Shown: positions 55,671 through 64,000 of the stretch, in pieces | Layout: every line of letters begins with the position of its first letter | Position numbering within the stretch: position 1 is the stretch's first letter | IMG/VR virus record: IMGVR_UViG_3300023278_002686 | Location: 1-64,000 of that record | DNA: 64,000 nt | DNA from: a virus | Reading direction: 5' to 3' (one strand) | Notes under the pieces: model-generated | Database searches by the model: none | Seen by the model: the letters and a program-made list of their open reading frames with translations, nothing else | Told to the model about the DNA's origin: nothing | Position numbers and translations under genes: made by a program

Positions 55671-57478
55671 AAGTAACTATATTTAGTGGAGGAACTGGAA
55701 GTATTGCTTTATCTACAGGATTAAAGAAATTATTTCCTGAAATAGAAATTACTCATTTATTAAATGCTTATGATGATGGTAAATCTACTGGGATTGTAAG
55801 AAAAATGTATAACTGTTTAGGACCCTCAGATATTCGAAAAGTTCAATGGTTATATTATTCTTTATCACATAAAAATATAGATAAAAGATTAGAAGTTTTA
55901 TATAATGATAGAGTTGATTTAAATAAGATAGATGTTAAAAAATATTTAGATCTTTTTAAAGATAATGAATACTTTGGTTTTAAAAAATATTTAAATAAAG
56001 CTTTTAATTTATTTATAGACAATATAGATCATTATTTTGTCTTGAACTCAGACAATATGAAAGATTTTAATTTAATGAACTTAGTATATGCTTCTATGTT
56101 TAGTCATCCTGAATTTGGATATAAGTCTACTATAGACTACTTTAATAAAGTATTAGGAATAGAAGATACGATAGATTTAGTGTCTTATGATAATTTAAGT
56201 CTATGTGCTACTACTAAATATAATAAAGAATTAATTTGTGAAGCTGATATTGTAAATTATAATAATCCTAATGATAAAATACAATCAATTTATTTTGTAG
56301 ATTCTAGTGAAAACTATCAAACTCCTTTAATGAATCCAAAAATAAAGACTTATATAGAAGAAAGTGATATGATAATTATTTCTCCAGGAACTGAATGGAG
56401 TAGTTTAATTCCATCATTTATAGATCAAGAAGAGGAAATTATTAATTTAATCAGAAATCATCCATTAGTTATTAAAGTAATAAATAATGAATATGATTTA
56501 GATAGTGTAGGAGTTTCTAATAAAGAAATAATATCTCATTATAGAATTTTATTTGAAAATTTGAATAATTTTAATATAATTATTAATTTAGATGCAAGAA
56601 AAGAATTACAAATGTTAGATTTACCTAGTGAGTGTGGCATATATATACAACAAATGGATAATATAGATGGAAAACATAATCCTGATAAATTAGCTAAGTT
56701 TATACTTAACATTTTTTTAAGAAAAAAAGGATTTTTACAAAATACTATTCTTATAGATTTTGATGATACTTTATGGCAAAGACTTGAAAAAAATGAAGAA
56801 ATATCTATAGAAAATATAAAACTTTTAAATGAACTTGGTAAATATAAAAAAATCCACATCATATCAGGTAATTCATATGAAAGTATTAAATCTAAATTAT
56901 TAAAAGTATTTACTTTAAAAGAATTTTATAATTTAAACTTTAGTATAAGAGCAGATGGTGGAAGTAATTTATATGAACAAGACCAAATAGTTACTTATTT
57001 AGAAGATAATTATGTATGTCAAAGTACAATAGATTTAGTAGAAAATGTAATTAATACTCATAAAGAATTATTAGGTAATGATTCTATACACTTTGAAAAA
57101 AGAGGAATACGCCCTGATGATAGAGTAACCTGTTTAGCTATTAAGCCTATTTCTAAATTATTAAGAAAATTATTTTGTGAATATTTAAATTTACATTTAG
57201 AAAAAGAAAATGTAAGCGGAATTGGTATTGAAACTGGTTTCGCTACAATTGAAGTTAAATGGTTTCGTTTTAATAAGTCTCTAATGTTAGAACATATTCC
57301 AGATTTAGAGAATACCATCTATATAGGTGATGAGTGTGATTACTTAAATGGAAATGATTATGAAATTTCTAAAAAATGTACTGATTATTATAATGTAGAT
57401 TCTATAAAAGAAACTAATACATTATTAAAAGTATTATTATTTTATAAGAAAAGAAAAGAAAATGAAACAAATACTTAA
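55667..57478 (+). CDS. CofD/YvcK(GlmR)-family domain fused to PMM-like HAD (IIB) domain
   Basis: FSGGTG, DDGKSTG..R, GPSDIR, SPG..WSSLIP, H.PDKLA; then DFDDTL, ISG, YIGDE, GNDYEI. Confidence 0.8.
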   Translation: MKVTIFSGGTGSIALSTGLKKLFPEIEITHLLNAYDDGKSTGIVRKMYNCLGPSDIRKVQWLYYSLSHKNIDKRLEVLYNDRVDLNKIDVKKYLDLFKDNEYFGFKKYLNKAFNLFIDNIDHYFVLNSDNMKDFNLMNLVYASMFSHPEFGYKSTIDYFNKVLGIEDTIDLVSYDNLSLCATTKYNKELICEADIVNYNNPNDKIQSIYFVDSSENYQTPLMNPKIKTYIEESDMIIISPGTEWSSLIPSFIDQEEEIINLIRNHPLVIKVINNEYDLDSVGVSNKEIISHYRILFENLNNFNIIINLDARKELQMLDLPSECGIYIQQMDNIDGKHNPDKLAKFILNIFLRKKGFLQNTILIDFDDTLWQRLEKNEEISIENIKLLNELGKYKKIHIISGNSYESIKSKLLKVFTLKEFYNLNFSIRADGGSNLYEQDQIVTYLEDNYVCQSTIDLVENVINTHKELLGNDSIHFEKRGIRPDDRVTCLAIKPISKLLRKLFCEYLNLHLEKENVSGIGIETGFATIEVKWFRFNKSLMLEHIPDLENTIYIGDECDYLNGNDYEISKKCTDYYNVDSIKETNTLLKVLLFYKKRKENETNT

Positions 57479-58175
57479 ATTTAAAGAACTATTTGAAAAA
57501 TGTTCTAATGAACGATTTAAAAACTATAAAGAGATTATGGATTTTTGTCAATTGAAATCAAGTAAATTAAATGATATATGGTTTAATAGTAATAAGACAG
57601 ATTATAGTGTATATGAACATAATGATTATATTTATGATATGTTTATATGTTATGGTTTTTATTCTAGTGCAGCTATTAGATATATGATAAAATATTTTAA
57701 AGAAAATATTTCTAATTGGAAAGATTTAACTTATTTTGATGATTATAATGGAATTGGATTAACTACACTTCATTTATTAAATGAAGAATTAAAATCATAT
57801 TATTTTAATGATAATAAAATTCAATTAAATACCTTTAAAAAGTTATGTGAATCATATAAATTTGATATTCCAATTTTAGATAAAAATAAAAAAAATATAT
57901 ATGATGTATATATTAGTTTGGAAATAATAGAACACTATAAAGAACCTTTAAAGTATTTAAAAGAAGCAACTAATAGGATTAAAGATAATGGATATTTAAT
58001 ATATACTACAACATTTAATCCTTTATTTTTAGGTCATCATCATGAATATATAATAGATGGTAAAATTTATTTACCTAAAAAAACTAATAGAATAGTAAAT
58101 TCTTATTTAAGAGAAAATTTTGAACTTTTATTTAGAGGATTTAATGGATTACCAAAAATTTATAAAAAGAAGTAA
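57462..58175 (+). CDS. class I SAM-dependent methyltransferase-like protein
   Basis: FDDYNGIG motif I variant, YDV..SLEIIEH..EP, GYL. Confidence 0.65.
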   Translation: MKQILKFKELFEKCSNERFKNYKEIMDFCQLKSSKLNDIWFNSNKTDYSVYEHNDYIYDMFICYGFYSSAAIRYMIKYFKENISNWKDLTYFDDYNGIGLTTLHLLNEELKSYYFNDNKIQLNTFKKLCESYKFDIPILDKNKKNIYDVYISLEIIEHYKEPLKYLKEATNRIKDNGYLIYTTTFNPLFLGHHHEYIIDGKIYLPKKTNRIVNSYLRENFELLFRGFNGLPKIYKKK

Positions 58176-58178
58176 TAT

Positions 58179-58919
58179 ATGAAAAAATTAGGAATTATAT
58201 TAGCTGCGGGAAAACAATCTAGAATAAATTCTTTAATACCTAAAGCTTTGTTTCATCACAATGGAGAATTTCTTTTAGAAAAAAATATTCAAGTAATGAA
58301 AAAATATGTAGATAAAATCTATGTCATAATAGATGAAGATAAACTTTCTTTTTATCCGAAAGAAAAAGATAGAGAATATATTTTAATAAATCCCGGAGGT
58401 GGAACTGGTCATTCACTATATAATGCATTAATTAAATGTAATCAAATAATATCTAATAGATTTGATAAAGAATATATCATTAAATGGTCAGATGCTTTTC
58501 ATGACGATTATTTTTATGAAGAATTATTTAAATATGATGTTTCGAATTATTTAAGTAAAGTTTTGATAAGTAAAATAAAAAATCCTTATGTAGAATTCAT
58601 TATGACTGAAAATATTTGTCAAAAAATATTATTTTCAAAAAATGGAGATATATGTTCTAAAGAAGGATATCAAGATGCTTCTATATTTTCTTTTAATGGA
58701 AAAAGTTTGTATCTATTATTAACAATATTTGTTAGTCAATATTATAATTTTCAGATAAAAGGCATACAATATAATACAACTAATCAAGAATTTAACTTAT
58801 TAGATTTATATAATATTAGTCCATCTTTAACTAAAACTACAAAATGGATTTATATAGATCGACTTCCTAAATCATTTAATACAATAGAAGAATATGAAGA
58901 AAATTTTGATATTTCATAA
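58179..58919 (+). CDS. sugar-phosphate nucleotidyltransferase (NTP_transferase family)
   Basis: IILAAGKQSR....PKAL, GTGH, WSD, SFNT.EE. Confidence 0.82.
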   Translation: MKKLGIILAAGKQSRINSLIPKALFHHNGEFLLEKNIQVMKKYVDKIYVIIDEDKLSFYPKEKDREYILINPGGGTGHSLYNALIKCNQIISNRFDKEYIIKWSDAFHDDYFYEELFKYDVSNYLSKVLISKIKNPYVEFIMTENICQKILFSKNGDICSKEGYQDASIFSFNGKSLYLLLTIFVSQYYNFQIKGIQYNTTNQEFNLLDLYNISPSLTKTTKWIYIDRLPKSFNTIEEYEENFDIS

Positions 58920-58950
58920 GTTTTTTATATTATATATATAAGGAGATAAC

Positions 58951-59502
58951 ATGGTAGTAATATTTGAAGGTCCTGATAATGTAGGAAAAGGAACTCAAAT
59001 TAGAAATATATTTCAAGAATTAAGTAAATCAAAACCTACACATACATTACATTATTCAGGAATTAAAAGAGATTTTTCTGAGGATGCTTTAAAAGATTCT
59101 AAAAAAATATATAAAAGTATGTTTAGATTATTAAATCAAAATTATATTCAATCTAATTTTATTTTAGATCGAAGTCATTTAGGTGAGTATGTTTATGGAC
59201 ATTTGTATAGAAAATATGATCCTAGTTATATATTTGATTTAGAAAAATCTATATTTCCAGGAATGATGAGCCAAACTTACTTATTAATGTTCATAGATAA
59301 CCCTATGAACCTCATCAAAAGAGATGATGGACTTTCTTTATCTACAAAAAAAAGATATAAGATTATAGAATTATATAGATTTCAAGAAGCTTTTAAATTA
59401 TCACATATCAAAAATAAATTTCTAATAGATATAGAAGGAAAAGATATTAATGATGTTAAACAAGAAATATTTAATTATTTAGACATTGAGGGAGATCTAT
59501 AA
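58951..59502 (+). CDS. dNMP / thymidylate kinase
   Basis: FEGPDNVGKGT, ILDRSH.GEYVYG..YR. Confidence 0.85.
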   Translation: MVVIFEGPDNVGKGTQIRNIFQELSKSKPTHTLHYSGIKRDFSEDALKDSKKIYKSMFRLLNQNYIQSNFILDRSHLGEYVYGHLYRKYDPSYIFDLEKSIFPGMMSQTYLLMFIDNPMNLIKRDDGLSLSTKKRYKIIELYRFQEAFKLSHIKNKFLIDIEGKDINDVKQEIFNYLDIEGDL

Positions 59503-60230
59503 TGCTAAGATATAATGAAATAACTATGTTACATTTTTTTAAAGATCTCTATAAGAAAGTAAAAGATGAAGATTTTGTAGTAGACAAATCTGGAGTCAAG
59601 ATGGCTGAAATAATAGCTCCAAAATTTGAATTGAATCCTAAACAAAAAATATTAAATTTTAATGAGACAAGAAAAACTCCTGAGAAATATGCTGAACAAG
59701 AATTAGCTTGGTATGATTCTCAAAGTCTTTCTATTAAAGGATATGTTGATAATGTAAAGATATGGCAACAAGTATCTTCATATAAGAAAGAAGTAAATTC
59801 TAATTATGGATGGTGTATTTATTCCCCTGATAATTATAGTCAATATTATAATTGTTTAAAAGAATTAATTAGAAATAAAGATTCAAGAAGAGCCGTTATG
59901 ATTTATCAAAGACCATCTATGTGGTTAGATTATAATAAAGATGGTATGTCAGATTTTATATGCACAGATGGGAGCCAATTATTTATAAGAAATAATAATA
60001 AAGGTGAAGACACTTTAATATATATTGTGAAACAAAGATCTATGGATATGATTTATGGGTTTTTTAATGATTTTTATTGGCATGGTATAGTATATGAACG
60101 AATGCTTAAAGATTTAAAAAAGACATATCCGAATTTAAATAATGGAAAGATAATATATGTTCCATTTTCGGCCCACGTATATGAAAAACATTTTAGTATG
60201 CTAAAGGAGATTGTTAATTGTGAAAAATAA
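59502..60230 (+). CDS. dCMP hydroxymethylase (T4 gp42-like, thymidylate synthase fold)
   Basis: NSNYGW, DSRRA.MIY.RPSM..DY.KDGMSDF.CT, RS.D...GF.ND (Asp at the cytosine-specificity site), SAHVYE.H. Confidence 0.88.
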   Translation: MLRYNEITMLHFFKDLYKKVKDEDFVVDKSGVKMAEIIAPKFELNPKQKILNFNETRKTPEKYAEQELAWYDSQSLSIKGYVDNVKIWQQVSSYKKEVNSNYGWCIYSPDNYSQYYNCLKELIRNKDSRRAVMIYQRPSMWLDYNKDGMSDFICTDGSQLFIRNNNKGEDTLIYIVKQRSMDMIYGFFNDFYWHGIVYERMLKDLKKTYPNLNNGKIIYVPFSAHVYEKHFSMLKEIVNCEK

Positions 60231-60651
60231 AATTGAATATTTTAAAAAGATAGCTCTTGAGACTGAAAATAATTCTACATGTGGTAGATTACATGTAGGA
60301 GCTGTTTTAGTAAAAGACGAGCGTATAATTTCTATAGGTTGGAACGGAACTCTTCCAGGAAAAATACATTGTGAAAATTTATTTGCAAAGAAAAAACTTA
60401 CATTAGCAACACACCATGAATGGTCATTAAAAAATGAACTTCATGCTGAAATGAATTTATTAATGTTTTGTGCAAAAAATGGAATTAAAACAAAAGGTTG
60501 TGAAGTATTTATTACAGTAAGTCCTTGTATGCTATGTACAAAATTGATAATTGCTGCAGGGATTAAAAAAGTTTATTTTATTTTGCAATATAATGATTTT
60601 GATGAAGTATTTAAATCTTTTAGAAAGGATTTAAAGTTTATACAAATTTAA
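60211..60651 (+). CDS. dCMP deaminase
   Basis: STC.R..VGA, HAE.N, SPC..C. Confidence 0.92.
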   Translation: MLIVKNKIEYFKKIALETENNSTCGRLHVGAVLVKDERIISIGWNGTLPGKIHCENLFAKKKLTLATHHEWSLKNELHAEMNLLMFCAKNGIKTKGCEVFITVSPCMLCTKLIIAAGIKKVYFILQYNDFDEVFKSFRKDLKFIQI

Positions 60652-60683
60652 CTATATAAATATTATATAAAGTAGGAGCATAT

Positions 60684-61217
60684 ATGTTAAAAAATAAATT
60701 AAAACAATTTTTAATTTTATTTATAATTGGATTCGTTTCATATATTTGTTTAGAGGTTTTTTTCGGATCAAGTTCTGGAGCTTTTTTTAAAGAAGCATTT
60801 TGTTTAGATAAATCTTATTGGAGTCTAATGGGGATGTCATCTATGTGGATGGGATTAGTTGGTGGAATTACTTTTATTTCTTTAGGTTTAATTAACGAAA
60901 ATAAATTTATTCGATTTAAAGTACCATATATATTACAATTTATTTTAGGTGGATTAATAATTACTGGATATGAATTATTATCTGGAATAATTTTAAATTT
61001 AGGGTTAGGCTTAAATATTTGGGATTACTCTACTAGATTTTGGAATTTCTTAGGTCAAATTAATTTATATACTTCAATAATTTGGTTTATAATTTCTCCT
61101 TTTGGATTTTGGTTAGATGATTTAATACGTAATCTTTTTAAGTGTAGATGGTTTGGTACAAAATCATTAGGAACATATTATTTAAATGTTATATTAAATA
61201 AACATCCTTGGAAATAG
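60684..61217 (+). CDS. multi-pass membrane protein (CmpB/DUF1113-like)
   Basis: S..M...GG, E..SG...N, WDYS....N..GQI. Confidence 0.65.
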   Translation: MLKNKLKQFLILFIIGFVSYICLEVFFGSSSGAFFKEAFCLDKSYWSLMGMSSMWMGLVGGITFISLGLINENKFIRFKVPYILQFILGGLIITGYELLSGIILNLGLGLNIWDYSTRFWNFLGQINLYTSIIWFIISPFGFWLDDLIRNLFKCRWFGTKSLGTYYLNVILNKHPWK

Positions 61218-61218
61218 A

Positions 61219-62307
61219 ATGAAAAAAGTATTAATATTAGGTAACGGATTAAGTAGACAAAAATTTGAAAGCATAGAATTTATTAATAATTGGGATGGGG
61301 AAATATGGGGTTGTAATAACGTTTTTAGAGAACGTATAAAGTTACCTAGATTAGATTTAATTATTGGTGATGATCAAACTGTGATAGATGGTTATCATTA
61401 TAAGCTTGATAATAAATTAGATTATGAGATATATGCAAAAAGACATATTACAAATTATACTAATCATAGAATACAGATAGTACATTTGCCTCAAGAATAT
61501 ATAAAAGATTCTGGAACTACACTAATATATAAAGCTTTATTTGAAAATTATGATGAAATTAAAGTTTGTGGATTTGATTGTGGTGGTAAAGATATATATG
61601 TTAAAGGACATGAAAAAAAAGATAAAACAATTTGGATAAAACGTTGGAGAGAAATTGATAAAGTATTTACTCTTAGAAAAATAGAATTCATTTGTAATCC
61701 AGAAATAAAAGAATTTATTATGAGTAAACGAGATCCAAGAGATCATCTTAATACATATTTTCCTGGAAAAATAAATAATAAAGTTAAAGAAAGAAATTTT
61801 GGAGCTAAAACAGTTCTTATATTAGGAAATGGTGCTTCAAGAATTAAATATAAAGATTTTATTAATAATTGGACAAGTGAAATATGGGGATGTAATTGGT
61901 TGTTTAAAGAAGCGGATAGTCATGAAAATCTTACTCGAATTGGAAGTGTTCATAATGAAGTAATATCAGAAGCATATAAGTTTAAAAAAGAGAATAATTA
62001 TAACTATCTATTATATACAAAGCCAGTATTTAGAGAAGAATTTAAAGATAAGTTTATTTCTTATTTTTCAGATCCTAGAGGATGGGCAACTGGGCCTTTA
62101 ATGGTATTACAAGCATTAACTGAAAATTATAGACGTATTTATTTAAGTGGATTTGATTTTGGAGGAAAAGATGTCTATCAAAATCATTTTATAGAAGGGA
62201 GTAATTTTCAAAAACAGTTTGTAGAAATAATTTCTAGGTTTGGTCATAGAAAATTAAAATTTGTTGGAAAAACTCCAAAATTTATATTGCAGTTACAAAG
62301 GAAGTAG
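61219..62307 (+). CDS. tandem-duplicated Rossmann-like glycosyltransferase-type protein (MAF/sialyltransferase-like)
   Basis: two copies of VLILGNG.SR..FINNW..EIWGCN ... AL.ENY..I...GFD.GGKD.Y. Confidence 0.6.
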   Translation: MKKVLILGNGLSRQKFESIEFINNWDGEIWGCNNVFRERIKLPRLDLIIGDDQTVIDGYHYKLDNKLDYEIYAKRHITNYTNHRIQIVHLPQEYIKDSGTTLIYKALFENYDEIKVCGFDCGGKDIYVKGHEKKDKTIWIKRWREIDKVFTLRKIEFICNPEIKEFIMSKRDPRDHLNTYFPGKINNKVKERNFGAKTVLILGNGASRIKYKDFINNWTSEIWGCNWLFKEADSHENLTRIGSVHNEVISEAYKFKKENNYNYLLYTKPVFREEFKDKFISYFSDPRGWATGPLMVLQALTENYRRIYLSGFDFGGKDVYQNHFIEGSNFQKQFVEIISRFGHRKLKFVGKTPKFILQLQRK

Positions 62308-62308
62308 T

Positions 62309-63070
62309 ATGAAAATTGCGCTAATTACAATGATGGATGATCGATTTATAAAAGGTTTTGAAGCTTTTATTAAATCATTATTACATCATAATCCTTGGTT
62401 TAATTATCCTATGATAATTATTAATACAGGATTAATAAAAGAAAATCAAAAGAAATGTAAAAAGATGTATGACAATATCCATTTTTTCGCTCCTAAAGAA
62501 AGAGAATATCGACATGTCAATATGAAAAGAACTGAATATTGTTTACGAAAAACATACTATAAGTTAGACATGTTTTCTTATGAAAATTTTGATCGATTAG
62601 TTTTTATTGACATGGATACTATTATATTAGGAGATATCTCTTATTTATTTACACAGGTTGTGGCACCAATTGGAGCTTGTAAGGCATATGATTGGAAAGG
62701 AGATAGATTACGAAACGATTATAACTCAGGAGTTTTAGTTCTTAATTCTCCAGTAATTAACCTAGGAACATATAGAAAATTAATTATAAAAGCAAGACAA
62801 GGTTATTCGATGCCAGATCAAAAAACTATTAATAACTTTTTTGGTAAAAGAATATATCAAATACCTAAAATTTATAATTGTGAAAAACGTGTGAAGGATA
62901 GTATTTTTCTTCATTATGACAATAATAAAGGTAAATTAAGATTACAACAAGATGATATTAGAATACTTCATTTTGTTTCTCATAAACCTTGGAATCCATC
63001 TGGAAAATCGGAAAATAATCAAGGATACGAAGACTTAGAAGAAATATGGAAAAAATATTATGAGATGTAA
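62309..63070 (+). CDS. GT8-family glycosyltransferase
   Basis: YYKL, FIDMD, NSGV, DQ..IN, YN, ILHF...KPW; start at MKIAL. Confidence 0.88.
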   Translation: MKIALITMMDDRFIKGFEAFIKSLLHHNPWFNYPMIIINTGLIKENQKKCKKMYDNIHFFAPKEREYRHVNMKRTEYCLRKTYYKLDMFSYENFDRLVFIDMDTIILGDISYLFTQVVAPIGACKAYDWKGDRLRNDYNSGVLVLNSPVINLGTYRKLIIKARQGYSMPDQKTINNFFGKRIYQIPKIYNCEKRVKDSIFLHYDNNKGKLRLQQDDIRILHFVSHKPWNPSGKSENNQGYEDLEEIWKKYYEM

Positions 63071-63285
63071 TGAAACTACTATTGATCATAGTCTTATTTT
63101 ACTAAAAGATACTATTAAATTATTAAAAAAAATAAAAAAAGAATCCAATTTTTATGATTGGTGGCCTATGATAGAATGTAACTTGATCAATATAAATAAT
63201 CTATTAGAAGTTAACAAGGAGAAATAATATGAACTGTACTTGGAAAAATTGTAATAATGGAAGAGCTTATGGAGATTAATGATTA

Positions 63286-63681
63286 ATGGTAGTAACTCAA
63301 ATTATTGAATGTGATTGTGGCAAAGAACATGAAGTAAATATAAATAATCCTTATATGGGAAAAAAACCGTATTCTTTTGAATTAGATTTTTGTCCTTCTT
63401 GTGGTAAAATGTTTAATTGTCCTGTATGCGGAAATAATTGTTGTTCACCATGCTATGGTCATTTAGATGGTGATTATACTGATGAATCTACTAAATGTCC
63501 TTTTTGTGAACTAACCTTTCAATATCAAGATTTATTTAGTTTAGTAACTCAATTAGCTTTTTTAAATGATACTGAATGGTTGAAGTGGGATAATGATCGT
63601 ACTAAATTATCTAAAGAAGAAATAATAAATAAAGCAATGAAAAATTTAAAAAATATAGGGAGTTTACATGGAAAAAATTAG
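63286..63681 (+). CDS. multi-Cys zinc-finger protein
   Basis: several CxxC motifs. Confidence 0.65.
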   Translation: MVVTQIIECDCGKEHEVNINNPYMGKKPYSFELDFCPSCGKMFNCPVCGNNCCSPCYGHLDGDYTDESTKCPFCELTFQYQDLFSLVTQLAFLNDTEWLKWDNDRTKLSKEEIINKAMKNLKNIGSLHGKN

Positions 63682-64000
63682 TATAAGGAATGCTAAGTTT
63701 GCAAAAATTGGATTACATGATTTTTGTAAATATGTAAATAAATTTAAAAATACACGAGAAATGACTATTTTAGAAATAGGATCATATGTAGGAGATTCTA
63801 CACAAATATTTGCAAATTATTTTAAGAAAGTAATTGCGATAGATCCTTGGGAAAATGGATACGATGAAAATGATCAATCTTCATATAAATATCCAATGGC
63901 AATTATAGAAGCTCAATTTGATGGGATGAGAACAAACTTTCAACATATTGAAAAAATAAAAGATAAAGCAGAAAATGTTGTTTCTAAATTTGCAGATAAT
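63668..64000 (+). CDS. class I SAM methyltransferase, truncated by window end
   Basis: ILEIGSYVGDST..FA, AIDPW. Confidence 0.75.
   Translation, partial: MEKISIRNAKFAKIGLHDFCKYVNKFKNTREMTILEIGSYVGDSTQIFANYFKKVIAIDPWENGYDENDQSSYKYPMAIIEAQFDGMRTNFQHIEKIKDKAENVVSKFADN

Noticed and set aside
59502-60230. Ordinary thymidylate synthase ThyA
   Set aside because: GF.ND Asp and the DGMSDF.CT motif match dCMP hydroxymethylase; ThyX is present separately
3615-61746. Short antisense ORFs inside long genes (e.g. 3615, 5574, 7929, 11323, 11693, 14287, 23741, 35317, 36958, 37152, 47657, 56539, 57058, 61537)
   Set aside because: Opposite strand to well-supported genes; typical shadows in AT-rich DNA
1-64000. 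Stop-codon reassignment
   Set aside because: Long genes are intact in code 11; TAA, TAG and TGA all end genes; no suppressor tRNA seen
1-64000. CRISPR array, integrase, transposase, introns or inteins in PolA/RecA/DnaB/terminase
   Set aside because: No spaced direct repeats or such motifs seen by eye; those proteins have normal lengths

Overview
A 64-kb, very AT-rich, gene-dense segment of a large lytic tailed-phage genome in standard genetic code 11. The host is unknown; the M23 peptidase looks spirochaete-like. The minus-strand arm (1-26.3 kb) opens with an RNA-gene array at 240-2729: 18 tRNAs, none with encoded CCA, plus several non-canonical RNAs. These include two D-arm-less 8/4 tRNAs whose missing D-stem seems rebuilt from the variable region, a tRNA-like RNA with a large D-loop insertion, a 125-nt mini-tmRNA with a tag frame that lacks a degron-type end, and two unexplained stem-closed ncRNAs. 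A replication/recombination block follows: PolA, DHH, primase, DnaX, DnaB, loader, SNF2, RecA, resolvase, SSB-like and Rep/AEP-like genes, with a KdsC/NeuA pair inserted. The plus-strand arm (26.3-64 kb) carries a beta-clamp, 5'-3' exonuclease, SbcC/SbcD, adenine MTase, CCA-adding enzyme, peptide deformylase, terminase large subunit, a stand-alone ~285-nt structured ncRNA, ThyX, M23 peptidase, a vWA/PurA-like operon and dUTPase. It ends in a cytosine hypermodification cluster: T4-type dCMP hydroxymethylase and beta-glucosyltransferase, plus a CofD/YvcK-HAD fusion, SAM methyltransferase, nucleotidyltransferase, dNMP kinase and dCMP deaminase. Further glycosyltransferases follow. All calls come from motif recognition by eye; no searches or folding programs were run.
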